DNA of 64,000 nucleotides, taken from NCBI RefSeq assembly GCF_009914755.1, contig NC_060928.1. One strand, written 5' to 3'. Shown here piece by piece: positions 14,801-36,682 of this stretch. This DNA comes from the human T2T-CHM13v2.0 reference genome, Homo sapiens. The translations under genes and the position numbers were made by a program. Position 1 is the stretch's first letter, and each line of letters starts with the position of its first letter. The notes below the pieces were generated by a model. That model did not search any database. It was not told the origin of the DNA and saw only the letters and a list, made by a program, of their open reading frames with translations.

Positions 14801-16384
14801 ATTTTAAAAAGATGAAATTTTACTTTATCCATGTGGGTTCTTCCCCAAAACAATCTTAGTTTAACACTGAGAAGCTTGCCTTAGTACATGATTTCTCCTA
14901 TAGTGGGGAAAGTGAGATTGCAGTGTGTGCCTGGCCACCTAGCCTCCTGCCTTTGCAGGGTGCCCTTCTTGCAGCTGGATTCTTTTTGGCCTCGTACTGA
15001 GCACTGAACCACCTGTAGATGCCAGTCCTCTAAACAACTAGAAATAAAGGAAAGAGAAGAGAATTCCCTCACAGCCAGCATTGCTATTCAAGATAAGGAA
15101 AAGGCACAGAACTGAGGTTGTATCTCTAGGAGGAAAGGAAGAAAGTGAAGGGAATTCTATTGCAGGCATTTCAGAACCCTCTATGGAGTGAGGTTCTTTC
15201 TCATCTCATACTAAATGCTGAAGGACTGGCAGAGCCCAGTTCCAAGGAAAGGGGAGGGCAGCCCCTAACAGCTCTGTGAGATTGGAAATAAGGTGCATAA
15301 CAGAGGTTCTTCCTCCAGAAAAGACAGAAAGAAGTGAAGGGGCCTTATCTCCTGCAACTCAGAGTGCCCTCCATGGAGCCAGTTTCTATCTTGCATCATA
15401 ACAAGCACTGAATAACCAGCAGAGCTCAATCCCTGGAAAGGTATGCAACAAAGAAAGGAGACAAACATCGTCTTATAGCTGGCACTGCTCTATAAAATTG
15501 GAAAAAGCACAGAACTGAGGCTTTTCCTCCAGGGGGAAGAAAGTTTCCAGTAAGTTTCCAGCCTTACAGTGTGCTCCTTGTTGAGTTGGCCTCTTCTTGC
15601 CTCATATTAGGCACTATTGACCAGTGTGTATGCCTCTCTGAGTCTGGACTAGTACATAAAGCTTGGAAGAGGTATCTGCTTCTTTAAATGTACAGACAAC
15701 AAAGTAAACCTACAAGGAATATGAAGAATTAAGAAAACATAACAAAATTTAAATAAGAAAACAATTTTTTAGTAACTAACCCAAGATAAATGGAGATCTG
15801 TGAATTGCAAAAGAATTCAAAATAATCATCTTAAAGGTGCTCAGTGAGTTACAAGAGAACGTGGATAGACAGCTGAACATAATCTGGAAAACAATAGATG
15901 AAATGTATGAGAAATTCAATAAGGAGATAGAAATGATGAAAAAGAATTAACCAGAAATTTTGAGGCAGAGGAACACCATAACCAAAATGAAAAATTTACT
16001 AGAGGCCTCAACAGCAGATTTTATCAGGCAGAATAAAAAATCAGTAGGTTTAAAGACAGGTTATTTTAAATTGTTCCATCAGAGGAGCAAAAAAAAAGAA
16101 TGAAAAAGACTGAAGAAAGCCTAAGAAACTTATGCAGCTCTGCCAAGAGAATCAATATACGTGTTATGGAAGTTATAGAAGGAGAATAGAGATAAAAATT
16201 GGTAGAAAGTGATTTAAAGCAATAATGATGGAAAACATCCTCAGTCTCAAAAAGGAAATGGAAAGCTAGATTCATGAAGGCCAAAGGAACCCAAATAGGT
16301 TGAATTTAAAGAAGTCTACATAAAGATACATTGTAATCAAATTATAAAAGTCAAAGGAAAAGCAAAGTTCAAAGTGGTAAGTAA

Positions 16385-16946
<562 letters not shown>

Positions 16947-17870
16947 TCAAGATGAAGAGGACACAAATAGATGCTGATTAGAAGCATGAAAATACATAAA
17001 ATTATAAATCTCATTGCTTAAAATAAGGATATAGATAAAATATAATAATGGTGATGCATAAATCATGTTCAATTCATATAAAAGTTAAAAGACAAATGCA
17101 TAACAATATAACTACAATAATTTGCTAATAAATATACAATATTAAAAGTTATACATTTTGACTCTAATAACATTAAGCATATGAGAGGAATGAAGAAGAA
17201 AAGTTGAGAGTTTTTGTATGTGATTGAACTTAAGTTCTTATCATGTGAAAATGGACTGTTATAACTAAAGATGGCATATATTAGCCTCACGGTAAACACA
17301 AATTAAACCTGTGCAAGATACAGAAAATATAAAGAGAAGGAATCAAAGCATACCACTATAAAAATCATGAAATCATAAAGAAAAACAGCAAGAGAAGAAG
17401 AAAGGAACAAAGAAACTACAAAATGTTCAGAAAACAACAAAATGACAATTAAAAGTCCTCCCTATCAATAATTACTATATATGTAAATAGTTAAATTTCC
17501 CAATCAAAAAAGTGGATGAAAGGATAAGAAAACATTATCCAACCATATGCTGCCTACAAACGACTCAGTTTACCTTTAAGGACACAAATAGGCTGAAAAT
17601 GAATACATTTTCATGAAAAAAATGTTACATAAAGTAATAATTAAAAGAGAGCAGGAGTGTCTAATCTTATATTAGACAAAATAGACTTTATATAGAAAAT
17701 TTTCACAAGGGATAAAGAAGTTCATAATAGAGTGATACAGAAGCGAATTAAGAGGATATAATTTTTTAAAATATGCACTCAGAGCTCTTAAATATATGAA
17801 CCAAATATCAACAGATTTGAAGGGAGAGATAGCAATACAATAATAATAGAGGACTTCAATAGTCCACTTT

Positions 17871-18143
17871 TTTGTTTGTTTGTTTGTTTGTTTGTTTTTA
17901 CTTTTATTTTAAGTTCAGGGGTACACGTGCAGGATGTGCAGGGTTGTTACATGTGTCATGGAGGTTTGTTGTACCAATTATTTCATCACCCAGGTATTAG
18001 GCCTGGTACTCAATAGTTATTTTTTCTGATCCTCTCCCTTTTCCCACCCTTCACCCTCCAGTATGCACTGGTGTGTGGTGTTCCCTTCTATGTGTCCATG
18101 TGGTCTCGTCATTTAGCTCCCACATATAAGTAAGAACATGAGG
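17871..18143 (-). mobile_element. 5'-truncated L1PA (about PA13-16) 3' end, antisense, inside the outer L1 ORF2
   Basis: (TTTG)n tail, then aagttcaggggtacacgtgcagg...catttagctcccac. TSD CAATAGTCCACTTT (17857-17870) / CAATTCTCCACTTT (18144-18157). Confidence 0.88.
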
Positions 18144-18785
18144 CAATTCTCCACTTTCAACAATGTACAGATAAAACAAAAATTCAGAAAGAAAACAGCA
18201 GACTTGAACAACACTATAGGTCAACTTTCCAACAGCAGCAGAATACACATTCTTCTCAAGTGCACAAGAAATATTCTTCAGGATAGATCATGTCAGGCCA
18301 CAGAAGTGTCTCAATAAATTTTTTAAAATTGGATCAAGTTTCTTGTTCAAGCACAATATTATGAAACTAGATATAAATAGGAATAACTTTGGAAAAACCC
18401 ACAAATAAGTGGAATATTAACAACACACTCCTGAAAACCAACAGGTAAAAGAATAAACCAAAAGGGAAATTTAAAAATGTCTTTAGACACATTTAAATGG
18501 TAATACACCATACCCAAATTTATGGGATGCAGCAAAAGCAGTTCCAAAAGTGTGTAGCAATAAACACCTACATTCAGAAAAAACAAAATATTTCAAATAA
18601 CCTAACTTTACACATAGCAGAGGAAGAAAATAATAAAGAAAATTATAAAATAATAAAAATAATAAATTATATAGCGAATACCAAAAAAAAAAAAATAGAA
18701 AAGAGCAACGAAACTAAGAGCTAATTTTTTATAAAAAATAAAATAAACAAAGTTGACATTCCTTTAGCTAGACCAAGAAATAAAG

Positions 18786-26592
<7,807 letters not shown>

Positions 26593-28283
26593 TATGAGTC
26601 AACATATGCAAATTAGTAAATGTGATGCACCATTTTCACACAATGAAGAATAAAAATTGTATGATTATCTCAGTAAATAAAAAAGGCATTTAATAAAAAT
26701 CAATATATTTCAATGATATAAAAACTCTGAACAGATTAGGTATAGAAGGAATATATCTCAACATAATAAAGGCATGATATGACAAGCTCATAGCTAATAT
26801 ATTCGATGGCGAAAAACCGAAAGCTTTTCCTCCAAGATAAGTATTAAGACAAGAATGCTCACTCACAGCGCTTCTACTCAATATAGTACTGAAAATTCAT
26901 GCCAGGGCTTTTGGACAAGATGAAGAAATTAAAGGCTTCCAAATCAGAAAGGAAGAGGTATGACTATCTCTATTTGCAGATGACATAATCTTATATGTAG
27001 AAAATTCTAAAGATTCCATCGAGAAAATTAATGTTAGAGCAAATAAATGAAATCAATTCAGTAAAATAGGATCAAAAATCAACATATAAAAAACAGATGC
27101 ATTATATCCACTAACAACAAACTATCTAAAGAAGAAATTTAAGAAAAAGCCCAATTTATAGTAGCATCAAAAATAAAATAAAATGCTTAGGAATGAATTT
27201 AACCAAAGATGTGAAAAAACTATACACTGAAAATTATGAAACATTGATGAAAGAAATTGAAGGCACAAGCAGATGAAGGCATCCCATGTTTATGGATTGA
27301 AAAAAATAACATTATTAAAATGTTTATACTTCCTAAATAATCTACAGAATCATTGCAATATCCTCATTCCAATAATATTTTTCACAGATAGTAAACAAAA
27401 TCCTAAAATTCATACAGAACTATGAAAAACGTCAAATACCCAAAGCAACCTTGAGCAAGAGGAGCAAAATTGTAGGCATTACACTGAGTGATTTCAAAAT
27501 ATAAAGCTTAGTAATCAGAACAGTATGATGCTAGCATAAAAACAGACATATAGACCAATGGAACAGAATAGAGAACACAGAAATATATACATATTTTTGA
27601 TCAATTGATCTTCAACAAATGTATCAAGAACACAATGTGGAAAGGATGGTCTCTTCAATAAATGATACTAGAAAAACTAAATGAATACATGCAAAAAAAA
27701 AAAGAAATTGGACCCTTATCTTGCAATGTATATAAAAATAAACAAAATAGATTAAAGATGTAGACATAAAACCTGAAAATGTAGAACCGCTAGGAGATGA
27801 CATAGGGAAAAAGCTTCTGTACATTGGTCTGGGCAACGATTTTTTAGATATGAACCAGCAAGCACAGGCAACAAAAGCAAAAATGACAAATGGAATTGCA
27901 TCTAACAAAAGCTTCTGCATAGCAAACGAAACAATCAGCAGAATAAAGACACAATCTATGAAATGGGAGAAAATATTTGCAAACCACACATCTGATAAGG
28001 GATTAATATCCAAAATATATAAGAAACACAAGCAACTCAGCAGCAAGAAAACAAATAACCCAATTAAAAAAAAATGGTTGAAAGACCTAACCAAACGTTT
28101 CTCAAAAGAAGACGTACATATGGCCTACAGATATATGAAAAGGTGCCCAACCTCACTAATCATGAAAAATATGAAAATCAAAATCACAATAAAATATCAC
28201 CTCACACTTGTTAGAATGGGCATTATTAAAAAGACAAAAGATTTTTCTTTACAGGGATGTAAAAAAAAAGAGAATCTTTGTAC

Positions 28284-28585
28284 ATTATGAAGGCTAAACC
28301 TAGAGTCAGTTTCTTTGTTCCCCCCAGAGATGTTGTGAATTATTTATATGCTTATTAAATACCTCTGTGCTTAAACCAACTTCAGTAGACCACGTTGTCT
28401 ACAATTAAGGATCCTAACCAGTACATCTAATAATTTGTGTGTTTATTTTATGTACCAGAATATAAGCATTCCAAGAGAAGTTAACCATTACTGCCAATTG
28501 CTGAAGTCCCAGTGTGAGGCACAGCTTAGCCCAGAGTAGGTAGATGCTAATATATAGTTATCGAATATCATAACATAAAGTTTTA
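28284..28585 (-). repeat. Inverted duplicate of 31287-31586 inserted into the outer L1
   Basis: Manual alignment to the reverse complement of 31287-31586 gives about 37 mismatches and 3 small indels over ~300 bp. Confidence 0.93.
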
Positions 28586-29197
28586 AACAGCTTTACTCTT
28601 TTGTGCAATATTGGTGGGAATATGAATTGGTACAGCCATTATGAAAAATATTGTGGAGATTCCTTAAAAAATTTAAAAAATCTAACTACTATGTGATCCA
28701 ACAATTCGACTTCTGCATATATATTTAAAAAAATGTAACCACTATCTCAAATATTTGAATTCCTATGTTCATTGCAGAATTATTCACAGTTTCTAAGGTA
28801 CAGATATGTGTGTGAGTGTGTGTGTGAGAGAGAGAGCTATATAATGGAATATTATTCAGCCTTGAAAAAGAAGAAAACACTATTATTTTTGTGGATGATG
28901 TGGAGGACATAATGCTAAGTGAAATAAGCTAGACACAGGAAGAAAAATACTGTATGGTCCCACTTTATATGTGGAATCTAAAAAAATCTCACTCACAGAA
29001 CCAGGAAGTAGAAGAGTGGTTGACATTAAGGGAGTTCAGGGGCAATGGAAATGGGGAAATACTGGTCAAATTGGACAAAGTTTCAGTTATGCAGGATGAA
29101 TAAATTCTGGAGATTAAATGAACAGCAAAGTGAATAGTTAACAATACCCTATTATATACTTGAAATTTGCTCAGATAATAGCTCTTAAATGTTCTCA

Positions 29198-29198
<1 letters not shown>

Positions 29199-29231
<33 letters not shown>
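29199..29231. repeat. (CA)n microsatellite in the L1MA 3' UTR
   Basis: Direct read. Confidence 0.95.
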
Positions 29232-29236
<5 letters not shown>

Positions 29237-31443
29237 ACTATGTGAAATGATGGCTATGTTAATTAGCCTGATTGTGGCAATCATTTCACGTGTATACATA
29301 TATCAAAACATCACTCTGTAAATCTTAAATATATGCAATTTTTATTTGTCATTTATGCCTCAAAAACTAAAATGAGTTATTGCTTTGTTTCTTCAACTCA
29401 TATTAATTTGAACCACTTTAAAGGCATTTGGGTGAAATACTTTGTAGAATTTGGTTAATCAACCTTTAGTAAATAAGCACAAGATTAGAAATGTCAATAG
29501 GCTTGAAAAGTCAGGTTATTTGTTTTCTGAATATATGCCTTTACATTTTTTCACAAATATATGTTTTGTCTTCATTAGTTTGCAGAAAATATATATATAA
29601 TTTGAAGGATGCAGAGCTAGATAATGTTTGATGTTTTTCTATATTCAAATTCCTCTGACTACTCCCTCAATAAAAATGTGTACCAATGATAACTGTCCCA
29701 AAGAGATTTCAATCCCTCCTTCTGTCAAAGCTATATAGGAGCAGCCCATTCATCTAAAGATTAAAATGAGCTACTTAGCTCATCTGGGAAGCAGCTGTGC
29801 AGAACTGTGGAAGGCAGTGGTAAGGAAAAACTACTATTAGGTAAACAAAGCAACAGAAAGATGGTGAAAAGGGTAAAGGAATAAGAAATTAGAATTCATT
29901 CAAACAAAACTCACTCGGATGAATGAGGAAGAAGGTTTTTTCCCGCCAACTCAGTAAATGTTTAATCTGGAAAAGCATGCTTCCACATCTGGCTTATGTT
30001 TAATATTGTAAATATAACTTCTTTCATTTTTAATTTTATTTTTGATGTGAATTTTAGTTTATGAACAAAAGTAAAATAAAAATCAGTGGAGAGACATTGT
30101 ATTTAATGTTACAAATATTAAATATTTCAAATAAAATATTCAGAATACAAAATAGTACATGCTCTCTTACATGTGCTTACCACAGTCTCTAATGAAAACT
30201 GAAAACATTAGCAATATTAGGTATTTATACTGTTTGAATTTGAATCACCTAATATATGAAATAATATTTTAAAAATACCAAAATATCCAGAATGGTTATT
30301 TTGTAATACACATGTAATACACATAATTTTCAAAGTGGATACAATTTATTAAAAAGGAAAGTAAAAGGAAAAAATGAGTAAACGGATTTGTTTACATATA
30401 TTTGTTTGAGGGCAGTATTGTAATGTTTTATAGGCAGGAATGAACTAGTTTCAAAGTGAATTAGTCCTCTATTTTCTGAGGAACTACTCTGAAAGAGCTT
30501 TCTACTCTTCAGATCAGACACACAAATTAACATGTGGCTTCTGTGGGCTTACTGGCCCTCTTTTCAAGGCTTGAAAAAGTCAAATCATATGTAACACAAG
30601 TAAATCCACAAAAAGAAGATAAATGGAGTAAATTGGAAGTCTAATTACCTGGAAGGAGAAATAGATGAAATTGAATGATAGTTTTTCTCTGCTTCCATAT
30701 GTAATAATAAAGGCAATGACTTACATTTTGTAGTTTATAACACATTTACACAACCAAGCATTATGTCAATTTAATATATTCCTTCACTGACAGATTTTAT
30801 TTCACCTAGTGCTTATAACACAATGGCTCAAAATATTATCTGTTATTCTAGAAGTGCTATAATAATGTATCTGCATTAAGGTGTGATTAATCAATCATAC
30901 CTTGCTGCTATAATAATTTATTATAAGGGCTATATTAATGCATCTGATTAAGGTGTGATTAATCAATCATTTGAGGGAAGTACGGGAAAGACTGCTGTAA
31001 GAAAATAATTCAGTTTATCTTTGAAAAATGAATAGGAATTCACCCAAGAGAAAAGTGAAGGGCACGGCATTACAAATATCAGCAGAAAAATGAAAAAGGC
31101 ATGGCAAATTTTAGGAACAGTGAGAAGCTGCTACCTATTCAGTAATCTTAACCTTCTGGATATATTCTAGAACCAAGCTGAAATGGAATATAAGACACAT
31201 AGAAAAACAGCAAGGTGTACTACTGGAAGTTCTTTATAGGGTATTCCAGAGCAGTTTTCATCATTGTACAAGAGATTAAACATTTCTAAAACTTTATGTT
31301 ATGAAATTCAGTAATTATATATTAGGCATCTACTCTGAGCTAAGCTGTGCCTGGCATTGGGAATTCAGCAATTGACAGGAATGGTTAGCTTCTCTTGGAA
31401 TGCTTATATTCTGATAGATAAAATAAACACACAAACTATTAGA

Positions 31444-32790
31444 TGTACTGGTCTGGATCCTTTAATTGCAGACAACAGAGTCTGTTGAAGCTGGTTTAAG
31501 CATGGAGGAATTTAATAAGCATATAAGTAGTTCACAACATCACTGGGAGGACTGAAGAAACAGATTCTAGGTTTAGCTTTCATAATAACTCTTAAAGCCA
31601 TGCTGAAGAACTGAGGTGGCAAAAAAGCTGCAGCCTCTACCACAATCAGAAAACTGCATAACCACGAAGCTCCTACCACTGTGGACAGCTCCAGAAACAT
31701 GTTTCTGCAAGTCAGGAACCACAATATCAAGAATCTTCTGCCACACCTGACATCTCTAGAGCTATGCCTTTTCTGTATAATCTATTTGAGCACAGTTGTT
31801 TCCTTATGCCCTGTGTCTTTCCCCACATAACTTAGTTTCACATTGATTTCCCCTGTGAGAGCTTCTGATTAGAGAAAACTAAATTGAAACAGGGTATTTC
31901 CCTGACCTCTTCACGGGCCTCACAACAGGGGTGCCTCAGTTACTCAGCCTGCGGCACTCAACCCCTTGCAGGAGGGAGCATGCAGGTGAGTCGGTGCAGG
32001 AGCCAGGGCAAGTGCTTTTGGGCACTGGCAGGAGCAAACTCCATGTGGGGCCTCATGACAGTGTCCAGTGGGGTGCCCAGAACCCCTGAAGCTCCAGAGG
32101 AAGTGTTACAGTAAGGGCTCTTTTAGCTCTGCCATCTGTGGATGGTTTAAGTGTTAACAGCTCAGTGGGCCCTCTTATATCCACACTCATTGCTCGAGCT
32201 CTTGACCAGTGACCAAGAAAAATGAGGTCACATGAACAAATTAGAGGTGGTAAATGTGGGGGATTTTATTACCAATGAAAGTTGGTTTCAGCAGGATGGG
32301 GAGTTGAAAAGGGGATGGGGCAGGATGGCAATCCTCCCCCAAAGTCTGGCTATCCCCAGCCAGACTCCTCTCCAAAGCTACACCTTTAAGCTGTTTCTCT
32401 GAACTCAAGCTGCTTCTCTCTAACATCCAAACTTAGTCTCTAATATCCAGCTGCTTCTCCTTCCTCTGCCAGCTGAACCTGGGGTTTTTATGGGCACTGG
32501 ATGTGGGGGGTGGGATGGGCTATGGGTGGTTTTGGAAAAGGCAACATTTAAGTAGGAAAACAGGGATGCAAGTTCTCATTTTGGGCCATGATATCAGGCT
32601 TTTCGGCTTGAGGGTGGGTCCCTAGCTGGGGACCCACCCTCTTCTTCCCAGAATTTTCCTGTCTCCTGTTGCTATCAAAATTACATGGGAAAACCCAGCT
32701 GTAAGATAATCTGAGAAAATTAGATTTTAATCCTTCTACCTCTGTAATCCAGGAAGGCATACCATAAAGGAATTTGAGTGGGTATGGAGC
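31444..32790 (-). mobile_element. Old MaLR LTR (MLT1K/L-like), interrupted by an ERV1 LTR
   Basis: tgtactggtctggatcctttaattgcagacaacagag...; tctgattagagaaaact|[LTR]|tacatg...agctgtaagataatctgagaaa. Confidence 0.65.
31885..32677 (-). mobile_element. ERV1-class solo LTR (LTR1/MER52-related)
   Basis: TG...CA, ~790 bp, perfect 4-bp TSD AAAT (31881-31884 / 32678-32681). Motifs ttttcggcttgagggtggg and ggaaaaggcaacatt. Confidence 0.85.
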
Positions 32791-32829
32791 AAAACAATCC
32801 ATGGACTATGATGATAGTGATGAGTAAAT

Positions 32830-34130
32830 TAAATGACTTAAACAATTTTTTAGGTAATTTCCAGGAAATAAAAGGAAGCCAATACTGAGAGTAAGCAGGC
32901 AGGAGCTACTTTAGACAAAATAATCAAGAACAGCTTCTCTAAAGAGGTAAAATTTAGGCTGATTCCCAAAATATAAGGGCTTGCTAACTTCCAATGCAAA
33001 GAATAAGGAAAAGATTATTTTAGGTAAAGATCTCTATCATACAGCTAAACAGCAAGATGTCTGGAGCCAAACTGGATTTAACAGTCTCTGCCCCTTGCTT
33101 GATGATCTTGGGCAAGTTACTCAAACTCTCTCACACTTGTGTATAACATGAGCTTTATAATAACACCTATATGGAAGGCTACTGTGAAGATTTTATGAGA
33201 TAATATATGTAGAACACTTAGAACAGTCACTGGCACATAGCATATGCAAGTAAAAATTCTTCTATTATCATGAACATTTCCGACTCTTAAATTTGAGTTA
33301 TCTATGAGATGTAGCTAGATATGAGAGGTCTGTAGATACAAGCCTGAAAGTATTCAACATAAAGTTAGTGCTTAAATCCTTGGGAAAGAATGCAACCAAC
33401 TAGAGTAGAGAAGAGATGAGATGTAATGTGAAAACAGCCAATTTTATATGTTGGGAAGAGGAAAAGAACCCAGAAAATGAATCTGAGAAGGAAGGTACAG
33501 CAGCATAAAAGGAAACGTAGAGCACAATCTTATCATGGGACTCAAGAGAAAAAAAGTCTTTCAATAACAAAGAAGTGGCCACCTGTTGACTAAAATGAGC
33601 ATGAAAGGCAAGGACAGACCAAGTGAACTTGAGAGAGGTGCTTTTAAACTAGGCATGTCAGAGATTTCAGTCCTCCTAGGGAATAAAAGAGAATGTAGAA
33701 GTCTGACAAGAGCAGCCACAGATTGTACAGAAATACACGGTGGTAAAAAATGCAAACTCTGGCATCAGTCAGCTTGGGTTCAAATCCTGGCTCTGCTTCA
33801 GCTACATTGGGCAAGTTACCTGGCTTACTCTCTCTGCCTCATTTGTCCCACCAGTAAAATGGAGTTAATAATACCTGCCTCAAAGGGTTGTTGTGAGAAC
33901 AGAATGAGCTCATAAATGCAAATTCATTGGAAATGTTTAAGAAGAGATGAACATTAAGAAATGCCCATTGTGTCTGGAAATAGGTAAAACATTGGTGACT
34001 TTATAAGAACAGTTTCAGTCAAGAGGTGGTGGTAACGGGTCAGAGAAAAACCCTATTGTAGTAGGTTGAAAGGTGACTTGGAGGTGGAGGAAAAATAGCA
34101 TGAGTAGATAACTAAAAGTTTGACAAGAAA
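32830..34130. mobile_element. Antisense L2 fragments interleaved with two sense MIRs (~33050-33270, ~33735-33930)
   Basis: MIR core motifs ttgggcaagttac, ctgggttcaaatcctggctctgc and cctcaaagggttgttgtgag; L2 motifs attggtgacttt and gtttcagtc. Confidence 0.6.
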
Positions 34131-34153
34131 ATAAATGACATAAAAGTGGAAGA

Positions 34154-34155
<2 letters not shown>

Positions 34156-34209
<54 letters not shown>
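34156..34209. repeat. (GT)n microsatellite
   Basis: Direct read, about 27 units. Confidence 0.97.
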
Positions 34210-34210
<1 letters not shown>

Positions 34211-36340
34211 TGAGAGAGTAGAAGGGAACAGTAGTCTATAACGGAAATGTGATATGAGAACTAAGAAAGAGGTTTATAGGATAGGATGCATAGGAGCACA
34301 AGGAAAGTGAAAGGCATTTACATAATTCTATCCAATAGCATTCTAAATCAACTCTTTTATGTTTCTCTCTTATTATTTTATGTTTTGTAACTATACAAAG
34401 AATACAACAGAAATAATATTAACATAGCAATATTCTTGTCTGATTGTATATCTCATGTTTAAAGAACGTGGGGAAAATATCAGACATGCCAGCATGTGTT
34501 AAAGCAAATAATTTGTCAAGACTAAGATCTAATTTATCAGTTTAGTTTCTCAGTAACTGGATTAATACGTATCATCTAAATAAATCTGTTGCTAGGATGA
34601 CTGTATTTTAATCTGTTGTAGGTAAAATATGTTCAATAAGAAAATTAAGAAGGGGTTGCTTCTTTCAAATAAAAGAGTGGAAAAGCCCTAGAAGAAAAGG
34701 CTAAAAGTAATAAGAAGCAAAGTTTGATAATTCAAATTTATATGGCAGTATTCTCTGGAAGAAAATACAATTTAGTAGGATTCAATAAATAGTTATTTTA
34801 AATAATAATAATAATAATAAACAGGGCTGGGATTTGAAATCAATCAAAATTTTTTTCTAATTAGACAAGTTTGTTGACCTCTATGTCCTTTTGTTTCTGC
34901 ATTTTATAAAAATTAATAATAATATATACCTTAGTTTGTTATTCTGAGGATCAATATGGTATTGCATAAAAACCAACCCACAGTAGATGCTTAGTATTTT
35001 AAAGCACTGCTAATCATTTTACTAAGTAACTACCATTTAGTCATGAAGTCAATTAAAAAGGGTTTGCAATAAAAAAGCTAGGAAGATGAGTAAAAAAGGA
35101 ATTTTTACAGCATAACTCATCACCATAGTAAACAATGGTATACAGAGAGCAATGAGAGCAATGTTGCCTGTTGAGGCTGGACTCTCCCTAAGTGCATGAA
35201 GCAAGGTGCACAGGCGTTATGGAGGGCAAAAAAAATATACCTATCACAATCTGAAATGTAATTTTAGTTACAGAATCTATTCCTGTAGCATATGACTAGA
35301 ACACGCATGTGCACATACACCTATTACATATTAAGCTATTTTAATTTTCAAAATCCATTACTGTATCAACAGGATTGTTTTTCTAGCAGCTCCCAGGATC
35401 TGCTAGAGACATCTTCTTTGGGCAGATCATCCAAGAAGCAGTGTAGTTATGCAATGGGTGTTTTTTGAAACATTCTGGCTCCTTCTGTGGGTAAAACTGA
35501 GCATAAGTTATTTTCTCTCATGTCATCCAAAGTAGCAAACATTATTTTAAAAATATATTTGCTGTTACTTTGCCACTTTTAAGATGCTTCGTGACCCTTA
35601 GGAATTGCCACAGGTGTATAAGAGCCTGTTTTATTTACTTGTAGTTTTAAAACCAGCCACAATTGGGTCTCCATGCCAATGTTTCTTCTTATTCCACTGT
35701 CTAGAATAACAGACTTCAAGACTACATATTTAATCATTATTGATGCTTTATCCTTTGGCCCCAATCACTGCCAGCAATTGGTTCAATCACTTCATTTCTT
35801 TCATATATGGTTACCTACTTTAGTTTTGAATATGACTAGAGACTTATTAAGCCTAAAATTTCCAAACAGAACTCTAAATTAAATCTCTTAAAGTTTTAGA
35901 ACAGTTTTCATTTTTCCTTCTCAAGGATTACCAGCTGAGTTTTTCCCCGTCCTCCTAACTCAGCCAACTAACACTTGACTTAGGCTAAAGTTTGTTTCTC
36001 TCTCTGTCCTCTGATCTTGCCATTTCTAAAATTATATACTTTTGTGTGTATATATTTATATGGCATTGTGAAAAACAGTTCAGCCTTCAAGAGTGGCACT
36101 TTCAAATAACAAAACTGTGATATTTTCCAGCTGGGTCAGGTGCCTTCCTCTTTCTCACTGAAGGATGTTCTGAAGTTACATTTCTTCTATGAGAAAAATC
36201 TGAACATTTTTCCTATTAATTAATAGGTAGAATGTATAATTAAGAGCCCTTTCCTTCTCTGGGTCCAGGATGAAAATAAAGTCTATCCTGAACATCTATA
36301 TGTTAACAGCAAATCTGTGGCACAGAATGGCTCCTGTTTC

Positions 36341-36628
36341 TTTATATCATTATTTTATCCATATATATATGGATTATTATTTTATCCATATATATGGATA
36401 TATATGGATAAAATATAGATTATATATTTTATAAATATATGAAATATACTTTATATAAATATATAATATGTTTATATATGTAAGTATATATGGATATACA
36501 TATATACATATATGTATATATGGATATATGTATATATACATATATATGGATATATATCCATATGTATGGATACAAATATATATTTTATCCATATGTATCT
36601 GGATTATTATTTTATCCATATATATGTA

Positions 36629-36680
<52 letters not shown>
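36341..36680. repeat. AT-rich (TA/TATG/TGGA) low-complexity array followed by (CA)n
   Basis: Recurrent tattttatccatat and atatggat units; (CA)n at ~36635-36680. Confidence 0.9.
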
Positions 36681-36682
<2 letters not shown>

